DNA of 64,000 nt. Source: an uncultured Clostridia bacterium. GTDB lineage: Bacteria > Bacillota > Clostridia > Christensenellales > UBA1242. Shown in pieces: positions 48,341 to 59,700 of this stretch. How positions within the stretch are numbered: position 1 is the stretch's first letter; the number at the start of each line of letters is the position of its first letter. The notes under the pieces were generated by a model, which did not search any database, was not told the DNA's origin, and saw only the letters and a program-made list of their open reading frames with translations. Made by a program: the position numbers and the translations under genes. The stretch is taken from NCBI GenBank assembly GCA_945919375.1, contig CAMEJD010000005.1, forward strand, positions 19,304-83,303, in the 5' to 3' direction.

Positions 48341-50653
48341 TTATTTTTTTGGACCTGCTGAAAAGACTTTTCCAATCATACCTGCGCCACTGCCTGCATA
48401 ACGTTTTAGTCTTTGTCCATATGTTGGAGCATCTTCATATTGTTTTTGTTGTCTTTTAAACTTATCTTCCGCAGCCACAAGTTCTTGTTTCGCCTGTTCC
48501 CTTTCAGCTTGAGCAGCTTTTTGTTGTTTTAGTGCTTGTTCAGCTAGTTCACCTTCACCCTTGCCTTCTTTCAAAATTTGTGAAACCTTTTTGTCAACTT
48601 CCTTTTGAGCGGCAATTTGTGATTCCTTGATCGCGGAATCATATGATCCATTTACAATGTTATTCCAAGTTTTATCATCTTTTCCTGTTGCATTTTTAAT
48701 TTCAGCTTTTCGTTTTTTTGCAACACCCATCCAATGTTTGTAATCGCCCTTGCTATCTAGTCCACTTTCATCATATTTTTGTTTCATAAAGTCGCTTTTT
48801 GCTTTATTATATGCAGAAACATTAAAGTGTCCACTTTTATCCTTAAAGGTATTTTTATCAACGGTGTTATTCCATTCTTCTTCTGCCTTTAATGCTGAGC
48901 CATCTGCTTCGGCATCTTTCCAGTCTTGTTCGCTTAATGTTCCACCAGAAGACTTGTAATCTTCATAGTGATTATGGATTGATTTGTCGTATTCTTTGTC
49001 AAATTCCTTCTTGTAGGCATCTGTGTTTCTCATCGCACCCGAAACACTACTATTTATTTCATCATCACTTTTTGCTGCCTTTTGTCCAACTTCGCCACTT
49101 TTTTTATTTTCAAATTTGTTTCTAGCACGACGCATCTTGTTGTAGTTATGTGCAGCACCAACACCTGCTGCAATTGGAGATGTCAAAAGTTTTGTTGCAC
49201 CAACACCAACTCTTGCAGCCTTTCCTGCTGTCCCAAGAATTTGGGTTCCTATTCCCATAGCTTCTTTTTGCAAAGATTCCCCTGATGAAAGGATACTTTC
49301 GCCTGAGATGAAACCCGCAATAACGCCATCCAATTTCTTTATTGTAAGTAATCCTGCAACCAAGAAGAATAATTGGAATAGATAATCTGCAACACCAAAA
49401 ATCTTGTTTGCAGTGTTTCCAAAGAATGAGAACGAACTAATAATTGGATAAATTAAATAGAACAAGTTTATTGCAACAATCGTTGAATATGCTCCAGTTA
49501 TTGTTGCAACCAACTTTTTACGGCATGAACTGACTGCTGAACCACCATCGATTGGCCACATAGATGCGGCAAGTGGACTTGCGAGCAATAATCCAAAAAC
49601 CATATAAACTCTTCCAATTACACCAAAGATTAGTCCAAGGAATACTTTTCCCGCAATCAAGATAAATGCGATGGCAACCGGCCAGTTAAAGTACCATAAA
49701 TTATAATAGTAACTAACAAGACCAACATCATATCTATCAAAGTATTCAACAACACCACTATGCTTAAATGCCGAACTATCTTGATATGCAGTGTTAATTT
49801 GTTGTGGGTTCTTTAATTTTGCATTTAGCATAAACATTGTATCAATTGCATTTGCCGCTTTGTCGGCATTGTCATACTTGTTGAATATACCAAAGTTTAT
49901 TGTTGCACCCTCAGCAGTATCTTCTTGCATTAGGGTGTTATAGAACGAACTGTCAAGCCTTGCTTTGTTTGCCGAATACAAACTAAATCTTATTGCGGTG
50001 CCAGACATTGGAGTAAATTTTGAAGATGCTTTTTGCCCCCAAAATATATAGTAGTCATATGAGACAACCTTTGTACCGTCAGAAGTTACACTTGGTTGTA
50101 TGTATTTTAAAACAGAATCATCCAAGGATTCAATACTAACTGTGTTTGGTGCTGTTGCTTGATCCAAACCATACAAAGCAATGTTCCCAATAAACACACC
50201 AAAGTAACACACAACAGGGATTGCAAAGAAGGCAATTATTGCTTTTATCATATTCCAAACAATTCCACCTTTGCCCCAATCTTTTTTACCATCAGCTTTT
50301 TTGTTTGGGTTGTATTCAACTCTTATTATTGCTGTGATGGTTGTTATAACCAAAATAATTGCACTAAGAATTAACATACTAATAAATGCGGTTTTTAAAA
50401 TCTGAAAATCTTCATTCAAGAATATCTTTTGCAAAATTTGCAAAATAAGGTCACCACTTGAACCATCACCAAAATCAACAGGATTTACTGCAACCGTTCC
50501 ACCATAGGAGTATGTATCAAGTCCAATAATTTTTCTAAAAAGCAATTGTGCAAAATCAATTACTTGCAAACATGATGCACACACATAGTACAAACATTGT
50601 GGAATAAAACTAAATAAATCGCTACTGATTACATTATCCAATAACAATTTCAA
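48341..50653 (-). CDS. Polytopic membrane protein, VirB6/TrbL-like by topology and gene order, with a long charged coiled-coil C-terminal tail.
   Basis: 770 aa with at least 6 hydrophobic helices and a large loop around aa 170-320. The K/E/Q-rich tail starts at about aa 520. TTG start at 50653 lies 7 nt after a perfect GGAGG. It directly follows the pilin-like gene and is divergent from the coupling protein gene. No motif-level proof. Confidence 0.4.
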   Translation of the reverse strand: MKLLLDNVISSDLFSFIPQCLYYVCASCLQVIDFAQLLFRKIIGLDTYSYGGTVAVNPVDFGDGSSGDLILQILQKIFLNEDFQILKTAFISMLILSAIILVITTITAIIRVEYNPNKKADGKKDWGKGGIVWNMIKAIIAFFAIPVVCYFGVFIGNIALYGLDQATAPNTVSIESLDDSVLKYIQPSVTSDGTKVVSYDYYIFWGQKASSKFTPMSGTAIRFSLYSANKARLDSSFYNTLMQEDTAEGATINFGIFNKYDNADKAANAIDTMFMLNAKLKNPQQINTAYQDSSAFKHSGVVEYFDRYDVGLVSYYYNLWYFNWPVAIAFILIAGKVFLGLIFGVIGRVYMVFGLLLASPLAASMWPIDGGSAVSSCRKKLVATITGAYSTIVAINLFYLIYPIISSFSFFGNTANKIFGVADYLFQLFFLVAGLLTIKKLDGVIAGFISGESILSSGESLQKEAMGIGTQILGTAGKAARVGVGATKLLTSPIAAGVGAAHNYNKMRRARNKFENKKSGEVGQKAAKSDDEINSSVSGAMRNTDAYKKEFDKEYDKSIHNHYEDYKSSGGTLSEQDWKDAEADGSALKAEEEWNNTVDKNTFKDKSGHFNVSAYNKAKSDFMKQKYDESGLDSKGDYKHWMGVAKKRKAEIKNATGKDDKTWNNIVNGSYDSAIKESQIAAQKEVDKKVSQILKEGKGEGELAEQALKQQKAAQAEREQAKQELVAAEDKFKRQQKQYEDAPTYGQRLKRYAGSGAGMIGKVFSAGPKK

Positions 50654-50787
50654 TGCTATGCCTCCTAATATATATTTTTTTACTATTTGTAATTATTATA
50701 ACAAATAAAATTGAAGTTGTACATAGTTTTCGTTATTTTTTTTATTATAAACAATAAAATTTTGAATGATTAAAACAGATTTAATTC

Positions 50788-50819
50788 AAAAAAAATAAAG
50801 CCCGACAAATGTCGAGCCT
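50788..50819 (-). terminator. Hairpin plus U-tract between the pilin-like and VirB6-like genes, a possible attenuator or partial terminator.
   Basis: The reverse-strand RNA forms GGCUCGAC-auuu-GUCGGGCU (2 G.U pairs) followed by UUAUUUUUUUU. Confidence 0.4.
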
Positions 50820-50850
50820 AAATTTTTATTTAATTGGAAATTATCAACTA

Positions 50851-51216
50851 TTAAGCACCCTCTGTGCCATCGCCAGCTACATCTGGAAGAAGAGATGGGA
50901 TAATTGTGCTTGTAAGCAACTTGAAGAATAAAATGAGTGCAATTGTGATTGCTATACCAATGATAACATTGATAAGTCTTTTCTTTGCTTCTTCACGTTT
51001 TTCTGTTGAATCGGCTCTTGCCATATTTACACCAAGAACAACAGCATAAATTGTACCTGCAGCACCAACAACAATAAGTAATGGCCACAAAACAGAATCA
51101 ACTGCACTTGTGATATTGTTTACCCATTGCCACTTTGGATCTAATTCTTTTGCTAATTGTGCAGACTTCCCAAATCCAAGCATATATGTAGTAAGTTTTG
51201 TTAAAAATAAATTCAT
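50851..51216 (-). CDS. Small two-helix membrane protein, VirB2/TrbC pilin-like.
   Basis: 121 aa. Two TM helices (VLWPLLIVVGAAGTIYAVVLGV; LINVIIGIAITIALILFF) are separated by a short charged loop. GGAGGG is the RBS. Its position next to T4SS genes supports the call. Confidence 0.4.
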   Translation of the reverse strand: MNLFLTKLTTYMLGFGKSAQLAKELDPKWQWVNNITSAVDSVLWPLLIVVGAAGTIYAVVLGVNMARADSTEKREEAKKRLINVIIGIAITIALILFFKLLTSTIIPSLLPDVAGDGTEGA

Positions 51217-51563
51217 AATTCCCTCCTAAATTTAATTATTTATTTGCATTAAATAAAATAATTATTCGCTTTGCAATTTATTTTACGATTTAATAGTAGC
51301 ATATATTTTTGTATTTGCCAAACAATTTTTTAAATTTTTTTCATTTTTTTTATAAATTTTATAAAATGGTTATTTTTAATTACATTGATTTGATAATTTT
51401 TGCATTGACATCTTTCAAAATATTATTTTAGCCCACAATTTTTTATAATTACAAATTTATTATTTCCCCAATTTATACCTTTTATTTATTGTATAAATAT
51501 TTTTGCGAAAATTTTTGCAAATTATAACTAAAGCAAAAAATATAATTGCCGACAATAAATAGT

Positions 51564-51592
51564 TTGACATAGTTATGTTTTTAATATAAAAT
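51564..51592 (+). promoter_or_regulatory. Candidate promoter for the coupling-protein gene: TTGACA-N17-TAAAAT.
   Basis: The -35 is at 51564-51569 and the -10 at 51587-51592. GGAGGG and the ATG at 51618 follow. Confidence 0.4.
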
Positions 51593-51617
51593 ATTATCAA
51601 TATATTTTGGAGGGAAA

Positions 51618-53594
51618 ATGAAGAAGAAATTTAAAAATTCTTTTATTGCACTTGTTTTAATCTATGTTATTGGAGTTGTTATTTCTTTTGTTATTAGTGA
51701 CAGTCCAACATTTCCAGAAGTGCTAACAAGCACAACATCTCTTATTGTTTTGGGTTGTGGGCTTTTGGCAGTTCTTGCCTACCTTGTTTCAACCAACAGA
51801 TTTTATACTGACGATAAAGGTGGCTATACAGGAAAAACTGCAAGTGGTAGTGAAATGAATCAACACTATGAAGCAAGATTCGTTAGCGAAGAAGAATTAC
51901 TTACAAATCCTGTATTTATGCCAACAACTTGGAAGCAACTTCCAAAGGTAAAAAAGACCGGTGTTATGATTAGAAGTTTATACAAAAATGGCGTTATGCA
52001 TATCAATATGTACAACCCTATCCACACTCTTATTATAGGTACAACTGGTTCTGGTAAAACAACATTTGTTCTTGATCCAGCCATAAGAGTTTATGCCCAC
52101 AGTGCCGAAAAACCTTGTATGGTTATCACCGACCCAAAAGGTGAACTTTATAACAATCACTCAATTCAACTCCGTGAAGAAGGTTACAGAATTATTGTTA
52201 TTGATTTAAGAAATCCATATTCTTCAACAAGATGGAATCCTATGGATAATTCATTTATGATGTACCAAAGAGCACACCACCTTGAAGATGAAGTGAAAGT
52301 TTACAAAGGAGCAAAGCCAAAAGATGTTGGTGGGTATAAAGAAATTGCCAAAGAATATACCGACATATGGTATGGTTTTGAAAAGATTGCATACCCAACA
52401 AAAGAAGCCCTTATGCAAGACCTTGAAGCAAAAAAACAATTTTTGATAAATGAAGCAGAAAACGAACTTCGTGAAATTGCCAGCACGATTGTTACAGTTG
52501 AAAGCAAAACCGACCAAGGTTGGGAACGTGGCGCACAAGACTTTTTGTATGGACTTATGCTTGCGATGCTTGAAGATAGCCTTAATCCAGAACTTGGTAT
52601 GACCAGAGAAAAATTTAATTTTTATAACCTTGTAAAAATTGCAACTTATCGTGATGTTGACGGCGACGATATGATGAAAACATTAAAACAATATACATCT
52701 GGTAGAGATGTTTTGAGTAAAGTTCCTGCCCTAACAAGCACAGTTGTAAACAACGCTCCAAACACCACAAGAAGTTACCTAGGTGTTTTGCAACCAAAAA
52801 TTGCAGTATTCCAAGATATGGGTATTTGTTACTGCACAAGTGCAACCGATGTTTCATTCGCCGATTTTACCGACAAACCTACCGTTCTGTTTATCAAAGT
52901 TCCTGATGAAAAAGAAAGCAGACACTCAATTGCAACAATGTGTATTTCACAAATGTACAAAACATTGATTAACACAGCAAGTGCAAGACCAAACCTTCAA
53001 CTCCAAAGACCTGTATACTTCTTGCTTGATGAATTTGCAAACTTGCCTAAAATTGAAAAAATGGACACAATAATTACAGTCGCCCGCTCAAGAAGAATTT
53101 TCTTTGAACTTGCAATTCAATCTTATAGTCAACTTGACAACAAATATACAAAAGAAGTTGCCGACACAATTAAAGGCAACTGCAATATCCAAATATTTAT
53201 TGGGACAGAAGACCAAAAAACAAGAGAAGAATTTTCAAAAATTTGTGGTGAAGTTACTCTTAAAACCCAAAACACATCAATAAACCAAAGTGAAAAGAAT
53301 GATAGAGATTCAAGCAAAACAATTTCAACCCAAATCGTCACCCGTCCACTTATTGAACCATATGAACTTGGACAATTACCTTTTGATGTAAACATTGTAA
53401 AAATTTATGGTCAACCCGCAATAAAGACACAAATGACACAATACTTTAGGAACCCAGTTCTTGACCAAAGAAAAGCAAGCGAAGAATATGCACCAAGTAG
53501 ACACCTTGATGAAATGGCAATATTCTATGACATAAAAGCAAGAAATGCCAAAGTATTTAAAAAATCAAATGTATTTGACGATTTTGATTTTTAA
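51618..53594 (+). CDS. Type IV secretion coupling protein (VirD4/TraG/TraD family ATPase).
   Basis: Two N-terminal TM helices are present. Motifs are IIGTTGSGKTTFVLDPAI (Walker A), VITDPKGELY and YFLLDEFANLPKIE (Walker B), the classic T4CP signatures. Confidence 0.9.
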   Translation: MKKKFKNSFIALVLIYVIGVVISFVISDSPTFPEVLTSTTSLIVLGCGLLAVLAYLVSTNRFYTDDKGGYTGKTASGSEMNQHYEARFVSEEELLTNPVFMPTTWKQLPKVKKTGVMIRSLYKNGVMHINMYNPIHTLIIGTTGSGKTTFVLDPAIRVYAHSAEKPCMVITDPKGELYNNHSIQLREEGYRIIVIDLRNPYSSTRWNPMDNSFMMYQRAHHLEDEVKVYKGAKPKDVGGYKEIAKEYTDIWYGFEKIAYPTKEALMQDLEAKKQFLINEAENELREIASTIVTVESKTDQGWERGAQDFLYGLMLAMLEDSLNPELGMTREKFNFYNLVKIATYRDVDGDDMMKTLKQYTSGRDVLSKVPALTSTVVNNAPNTTRSYLGVLQPKIAVFQDMGICYCTSATDVSFADFTDKPTVLFIKVPDEKESRHSIATMCISQMYKTLINTASARPNLQLQRPVYFLLDEFANLPKIEKMDTIITVARSRRIFFELAIQSYSQLDNKYTKEVADTIKGNCNIQIFIGTEDQKTREEFSKICGEVTLKTQNTSINQSEKNDRDSSKTISTQIVTRPLIEPYELGQLPFDVNIVKIYGQPAIKTQMTQYFRNPVLDQRKASEEYAPSRHLDEMAIFYDIKARNAKVFKKSNVFDDFDF

Positions 53595-53613
53595 AAAAAT
53601 AATTAAATTAAAA

Positions 53614-53647
53614 AAATATTTCCAAAAATTATTTGGAAATATTTTTT
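53614..53647 (+). terminator. Intrinsic terminator after the coupling-protein gene.
   Basis: A 13-bp stem AAATATTTCCAAA-aatta-TTTGGAAATATTT is followed by a T-run. Confidence 0.55.
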
Positions 53648-53732
53648 ATTTGTTTTTTAGCATTCCCCCATATTATTTTTGATATTATATTAAATATATT
53701 TAATATTTATTAAATAAATATGCACAATATAT

Positions 53733-53762
53733 TTGGAAATAAATGACAAAATGTGCTAATAT
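53733..53762 (+). promoter_or_regulatory. Candidate promoter for the 2485-aa gene: TTGGAA-N18-(TGc)TAATAT.
   Basis: The -35 is at 53733-53738 and the extended -10 TGcTAATAT ends at 53762. GGGGTG and the ATG at 53787 follow. Confidence 0.35.
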
Positions 53763-53786
53763 ATTGTTGAATAATGGGGTGACTCT

Positions 53787-56700
53787 ATGAAAATAATCAA
53801 TAAAAAATATTTAACATTTATTTTTCTTGCAATTACATTATGTTTTTGCAGTATATTTTGCCTTAATTTTAGTGGCAGTGTTTATGCCGAAGATTTCTCG
53901 GATGTATTCACAGTAAAACAGCATACATCATTAACTGACCCAGGAACAACCATTCAAGATGGGGCAGTTGCCTACATAACACCAAGCGACTCGATTACTG
54001 CGGTAATGGAATCAACTTCAACAAAAGAAATTGATTTTATAAATCCGTACATAACCTATAATGGTCAAAGCATTAACTCGGATGTAATAAGCAAGTATTC
54101 AATCGATTATTCTCATGATGGAATGAAAAAACTTACATTAACTCTTACATTTAACGATGCAGACAAAACTGCGCCATATGGGAAATATGATATAAGAATA
54201 AATTACATTGTAAGTGAAAATGGTATTTCATCAAATAAAACATTAACTTATGTTTTCTATGCTCTAAAAAATAGTGATTACTATAGCGGGACAACAGTTA
54301 ATGCAATTTACGATAATTGCCATAAGGTAGATAAATCCCTTGTAATGCCATATGATAACATTTATCAATTTAACTATGACTCAAAAGTTTTGCCAAGACT
54401 TGCAGTTAATTTTAAAAATATCAATCTTACAATAACAAAAACTTTTCAAAAAAACACAAGCACTCAAAGAATTTGGTTTGACGGAACAAATATTCAAACA
54501 GATAACAATATTGTTTACTTTTACACTAGTGAAGAAAATGATTTCCTTTATGTAACATTCAATGACCTAGGAACATACACAATTTCTTACAACTTTATAT
54601 ACACCTACAATAACACTGTTGAAAATATTGAAAAATCGGCACAAAATACAAATACAAAGTATGTTGACCTTTTGGAAATGTTTGGATATCAACTTTATTA
54701 TTCAGATATAGAAACAAGTTTGTTAAAAGAATTTAAAAATATTGATAGCAATGGTGCGATTTTAGAAGAAGTAACAGACATCTCTTATCTATTCTCAAAA
54801 TTTAATGCAAGTTTAAACAATACACAAGATAATACAATTCAAAACATTCTTACAAAATTAAACAATAATGAAATTGCTATTCAAGAAACGAATCAATCAC
54901 CTGTTCAATTTAAGTATAATGTTGAAATATTCAACAAAGACAATTCAAACGTTGTTGACACACAAAGTGCATACTATATGCTTGAATTAGACAAAGAAAC
55001 AAACACCTATTCAATTATAAACGATTCAAGGGTTGAATACGATAATTCTCCGCTAACAAAAGCAGGAATATATCTTGTTAATGTAGTTTACAAATATACC
55101 CCAACAATTATCGGTGCAGATGAAGCATGCGCACCTTCTGACATATCAAATGATTCAACCGAAAAGTTAAGAAGTCAATGGTTCGTTTTTGAAATTACAA
55201 AATCAACAACAAAAATTTCAATTGAAACAAATGAAAATGAAAATAAGCAAGCATTAAACGATGGCTCATTTACAAACAAAGATGTTCTAATCAAAAAAGA
55301 CGAACAATCAAAATCTATATTCAATGCAAAAACAAAACTTGTTGTTTCAATTCAAGAAAATTTTGCAGGAGACTATGTTGACACCGAAATAACTTCCAGT
55401 GAAGGTCAAGTATTTTCAAGCAATGGTAACTATATTGTAACAATGTATTTTGGCAAAAATCTTAACAGAAGTTACAGTTCAACCTTTACAATTGACAAAG
55501 AAGAAATTGATAATATTCAAATCTTTTCTGTTGACCTTCAAGGCAACAACACAACATACACAAGAAACAAACAAATTGAATTTATGACAAATCAAAGTGT
55601 TGTTGTTTCTTGGAATAACAAAGCAAGTGGCAGTGTTATTTCAGCACAATACAAGTACTTCCCTATCACTCTTGATTCATCATATTCATTTAGTGATGAT
55701 ATATGCAAAAAATATTACAACAAAGATTATTCAATACTTTCTAACTATGAAATAAATTTGGAAGATTCAGAATATACTCCTGTTGAGTATTCAAACAGTC
55801 AAGTATACACACAAAGCATACCATCAAGCGCAGTGCTTTCTCAAAATGGTTTATATGTATTCAAACTATTGGATAGTGCAGGAAATGAAAAATATTTTGC
55901 TTTTGTTATTGACAAAACACCTTCAATCATTCTTCAACAAATAAACGGGACTTTTGTTGACCCAACCGAATTGAATATTGTTTCAAGTGATGTTGATATT
56001 ATGTTTGGTCAATACAAAGTTATAAAACTCAAAAATCTAAAGCAATCAGTACCATTTGAAAACAATGACAGTTGGCTTGATAAAATATTAAACACAACCG
56101 AAATTTATAACAGTCACTTCAAACTTTTGCAAATAAATACTTTTGATGATGTTTACATCAGTATAAAAAATAATGCAAAAGTTCTTATGTGTGAACAAGA
56201 AAGCACAAAATTTATTGACAACAATATTTTAAATAAATTCAGTATTCATATTCCTTTTGAAGATGGAAAAGATATAACCTTTTACACCCAAGACGAATTA
56301 TGTAACAATGGATATTTTACAGAAGAAGAATATTTGAAATCTCATTCAAATATATTCAGAGTAAAACTATCTTCAGACGCAAGTCAAACAAACCTTATTT
56401 ATAAAGCAAAGGACCAAAAGAACACAACATTATATTTAAGTTCATTCAATCATATTGACAATGAAACATCAACAAAAAATCAATATTACATTCCAACAAC
56501 AGCAAACACTCTTGCTAGTAGCAACGAAATCTTAACATTAGAGTTTTTACCAGTTCCCGAATCTGGTGTTTTGGAAGTTGAAAGTGTTGAATACGAATTT
56601 ACTCCTTTCTCACCTTCAAAGAAAATTGATGAACAAAACAGTTTGAATTACACATATTCTTATGTTTTTGACAATGCAAACACCGTTAGCGGAATTGTAT

Positions 56701-59700
56701 ATTCAAAACTTGACCCAACAAAAACTTTGGCAAAGCAAAATGGTGACAAATATAGTTGGGAAATAAATCTTGAATATAACAATATAACCGGTAGTAAGCA
56801 GACAAAAAGCGGTAAATATGTAATAACAAGAAGATATGCTCAAACATCACAACTTAATGATAAACTTGCAGAAAAACAAGACTATGTTACACGCACATTC
56901 ACATTTATTATAGATAGAAACGGAATAATTACAAATCCAGTTGTAACTGATTCTAGTTCACAAAATATGTATAGTTATGTTGGTGAAGCAATAAAGATTC
57001 AAGTTCTTGAAAACGAAAATGACAAAATGTTCTTTAACGATATATACCTTGCAAAGATTGCAAACGACAAGAACTCACCTATTCTTCAAACAAACAAACT
57101 CCCTGTTTTTGTATATATTCCTGTATACACATACGGATATGCCTACACAAATGGCGGAACATTTAATCTTGAAGATTCAATTCTATATTATGACACAAAC
57201 GATAAGTTAAACAGTTTGATTTCATCATATGCACTATCTGCAGAGATAAAATATTCATATGAACAATCATCACTAGAACAATCAACCGAAATATATAAAG
57301 GGTACAACGATAACAGTGACGGATATCTAAAGTTTAATGGAATTTCTTCTACTTCAGGAAGAGCATTCACAAAAGTTGGATATTACAAAGTTACAATAAA
57401 ACAAGGCTTGCCACAATATGGACAAAATGAATTTAGTTACATATTCAGCATTGAATCCGGTTCTCCTGACTTTAAAGTTACATCAATGGACGGAACGGAA
57501 CTTTCAAAAGATTCATTAGAAAACTACTACACAAACAACGAGAATATTAAACTAGAGTGGGAAGACCCAGTAAACAAATTTAGAGCAAAAATAAACAAAA
57601 ATGAAATATACTACTCAATCAATGGTAGCACACAAATAAAAGTTAATAGCAATCAAATTAACACCTCGGAAAATATAAACACTGTAAATATCAATCTTAA
57701 TGATATTGGTGCATATAAAGATGGAAACACAATTCAATTCTTTATGCAATTTGAAGGTGACCAAAAAGATTATCAAGAAGGCTCATTCAAAAAAACAAGC
57801 ACACTTATCATTGATACAAAAGCACCTGACAAAAACTTAAACAACCTTATTTCATTAAGTGGCATTGATTCTTCATTATTAAGAACTGTTGAAACAAAAT
57901 ATAACACATCAACAGTATCTGGTTTGTATAAGTATTATGCCTTCCCTGTTGACAAATCTCAACTTGAAAATGTTTTTGACTTTACAAGTTATGATAATGG
58001 TGACACATATGGCATTTATTACAGAGTTTTTGAAAACAATAATGGCGAAAATACAAAATACAACAACATTTACACACAAGAAACTCTTCCAAGTGATTTT
58101 GAAAACTCAAAAATTGGTTTCACTTCAATAAATGATATAGATAATGACCTTTTGACAAATGACAGTTTGATTAACAAATATATCGAAATTGTTGAAGTTG
58201 ACCTTGCCGGTAACATAACAATTTACACAATTTACTTAACAAACCTAACGGCTTCATCAAATGTTACGGCAATAACATACACTCAAAATAATAGAGATGA
58301 GAAACAAAATATATCATACAACGACCTAAGTTCAAACATAACAATCAATGCAAAAAGTGCTTTTGCCCTTGATTCAGTGAACATTGCAAACTTTGCATGG
58401 AGCAATATAAAAATCGGGGATCAAACTTTCCTAAAAACACCTTACTCAAACAATGTATATTATGACCTTGCAAAATACAATCCAATAGATATTTCAGCAA
58501 GTGAAATTACTCTTAAAAAATTGTCAACACTTTCTGCAAGCAATCAAAAACAAAGTATAACATTAGGATTTGTCCCATTGTATGACACAATAACATTAAC
58601 AGTATCCGTACTTAACACTTCCCTAAATGTGTTCCACACTTCGGAAACAAATACCTATGCATCACAAGAAGGTGTGTTAATCAAAATACCAAGCACATCA
58701 TCAGTTCAAGATGCAACAATATATGCAATTGAAGTTAGAATACTTGAGTATATTAGAGAAGATAACACTTACAAGCAAAATCAATTATATGAAAAAAGAG
58801 ATGAAACATATTTTGCAAGTGCCGGACAAACACTTGTAAGTCCAGCAGGAATTACAACAACTTATGTAAATTACCTTGGCAACACATATATGAAAATTAT
58901 TGCATCCGAACCAAAAGCAAATATATTCTACAAATACATTATCTTGGACAACTTTGGCGACACAACCGAATTTACAAACATTTATGGAAACGAAAAAGTT
59001 GACAAGGAACTTAACAGTTCGGTTGATTTGGTTGAAAGATATGAAGATGGTGTAAAATACTACTACTCAACAAAAGATATCGTATTCAAATACAACAGTG
59101 CAAAAGATAGAATTATTCTTAATGTCGGCGCATCATATGACACAAGGTCATTTGACTTGTCGGTTGAAGGAAAGATTGCCGAATTTAATAATTCCGGCTA
59201 TGGTCAAATTATTTTACCTCAAAAAGGTTCAAATTCAAATATTTACACAATAATATTAAAAGCGCCATCAAAAGACCTTGCAAACAGTGTGTTTGGCTCC
59301 GAAATTAAATTTACAATTAAGAAATTTATTGCAGTTGAAGAAATTTCTCAAGGCAGAAGTTATGACACATTAAACCTTATTATTTATAACAAAGTTCCTG
59401 AATTTACACTTCTTGGAACATCAAACCAAAATCTTAATGAGTTATTTAACAAAGGTTCAATGTACGGCAATGCAATTAAGATTACATTCAAACAAACAAA
59501 TGCAAAAATCTTATGTGATGTATTCTTACTTCACAGCGATGATAGTTTGGAAGCAATTTCTTCCGGCAAAATCGTTAGTGATCCAAACACATATAAACTT
59601 GTTGTAAAATATACAAACATATTTACAAATCAAATTTATGATGAATATTTTGAATTTACAATTTCAAATAACGATTTTGAATATTACAAAGTTGTTTACA

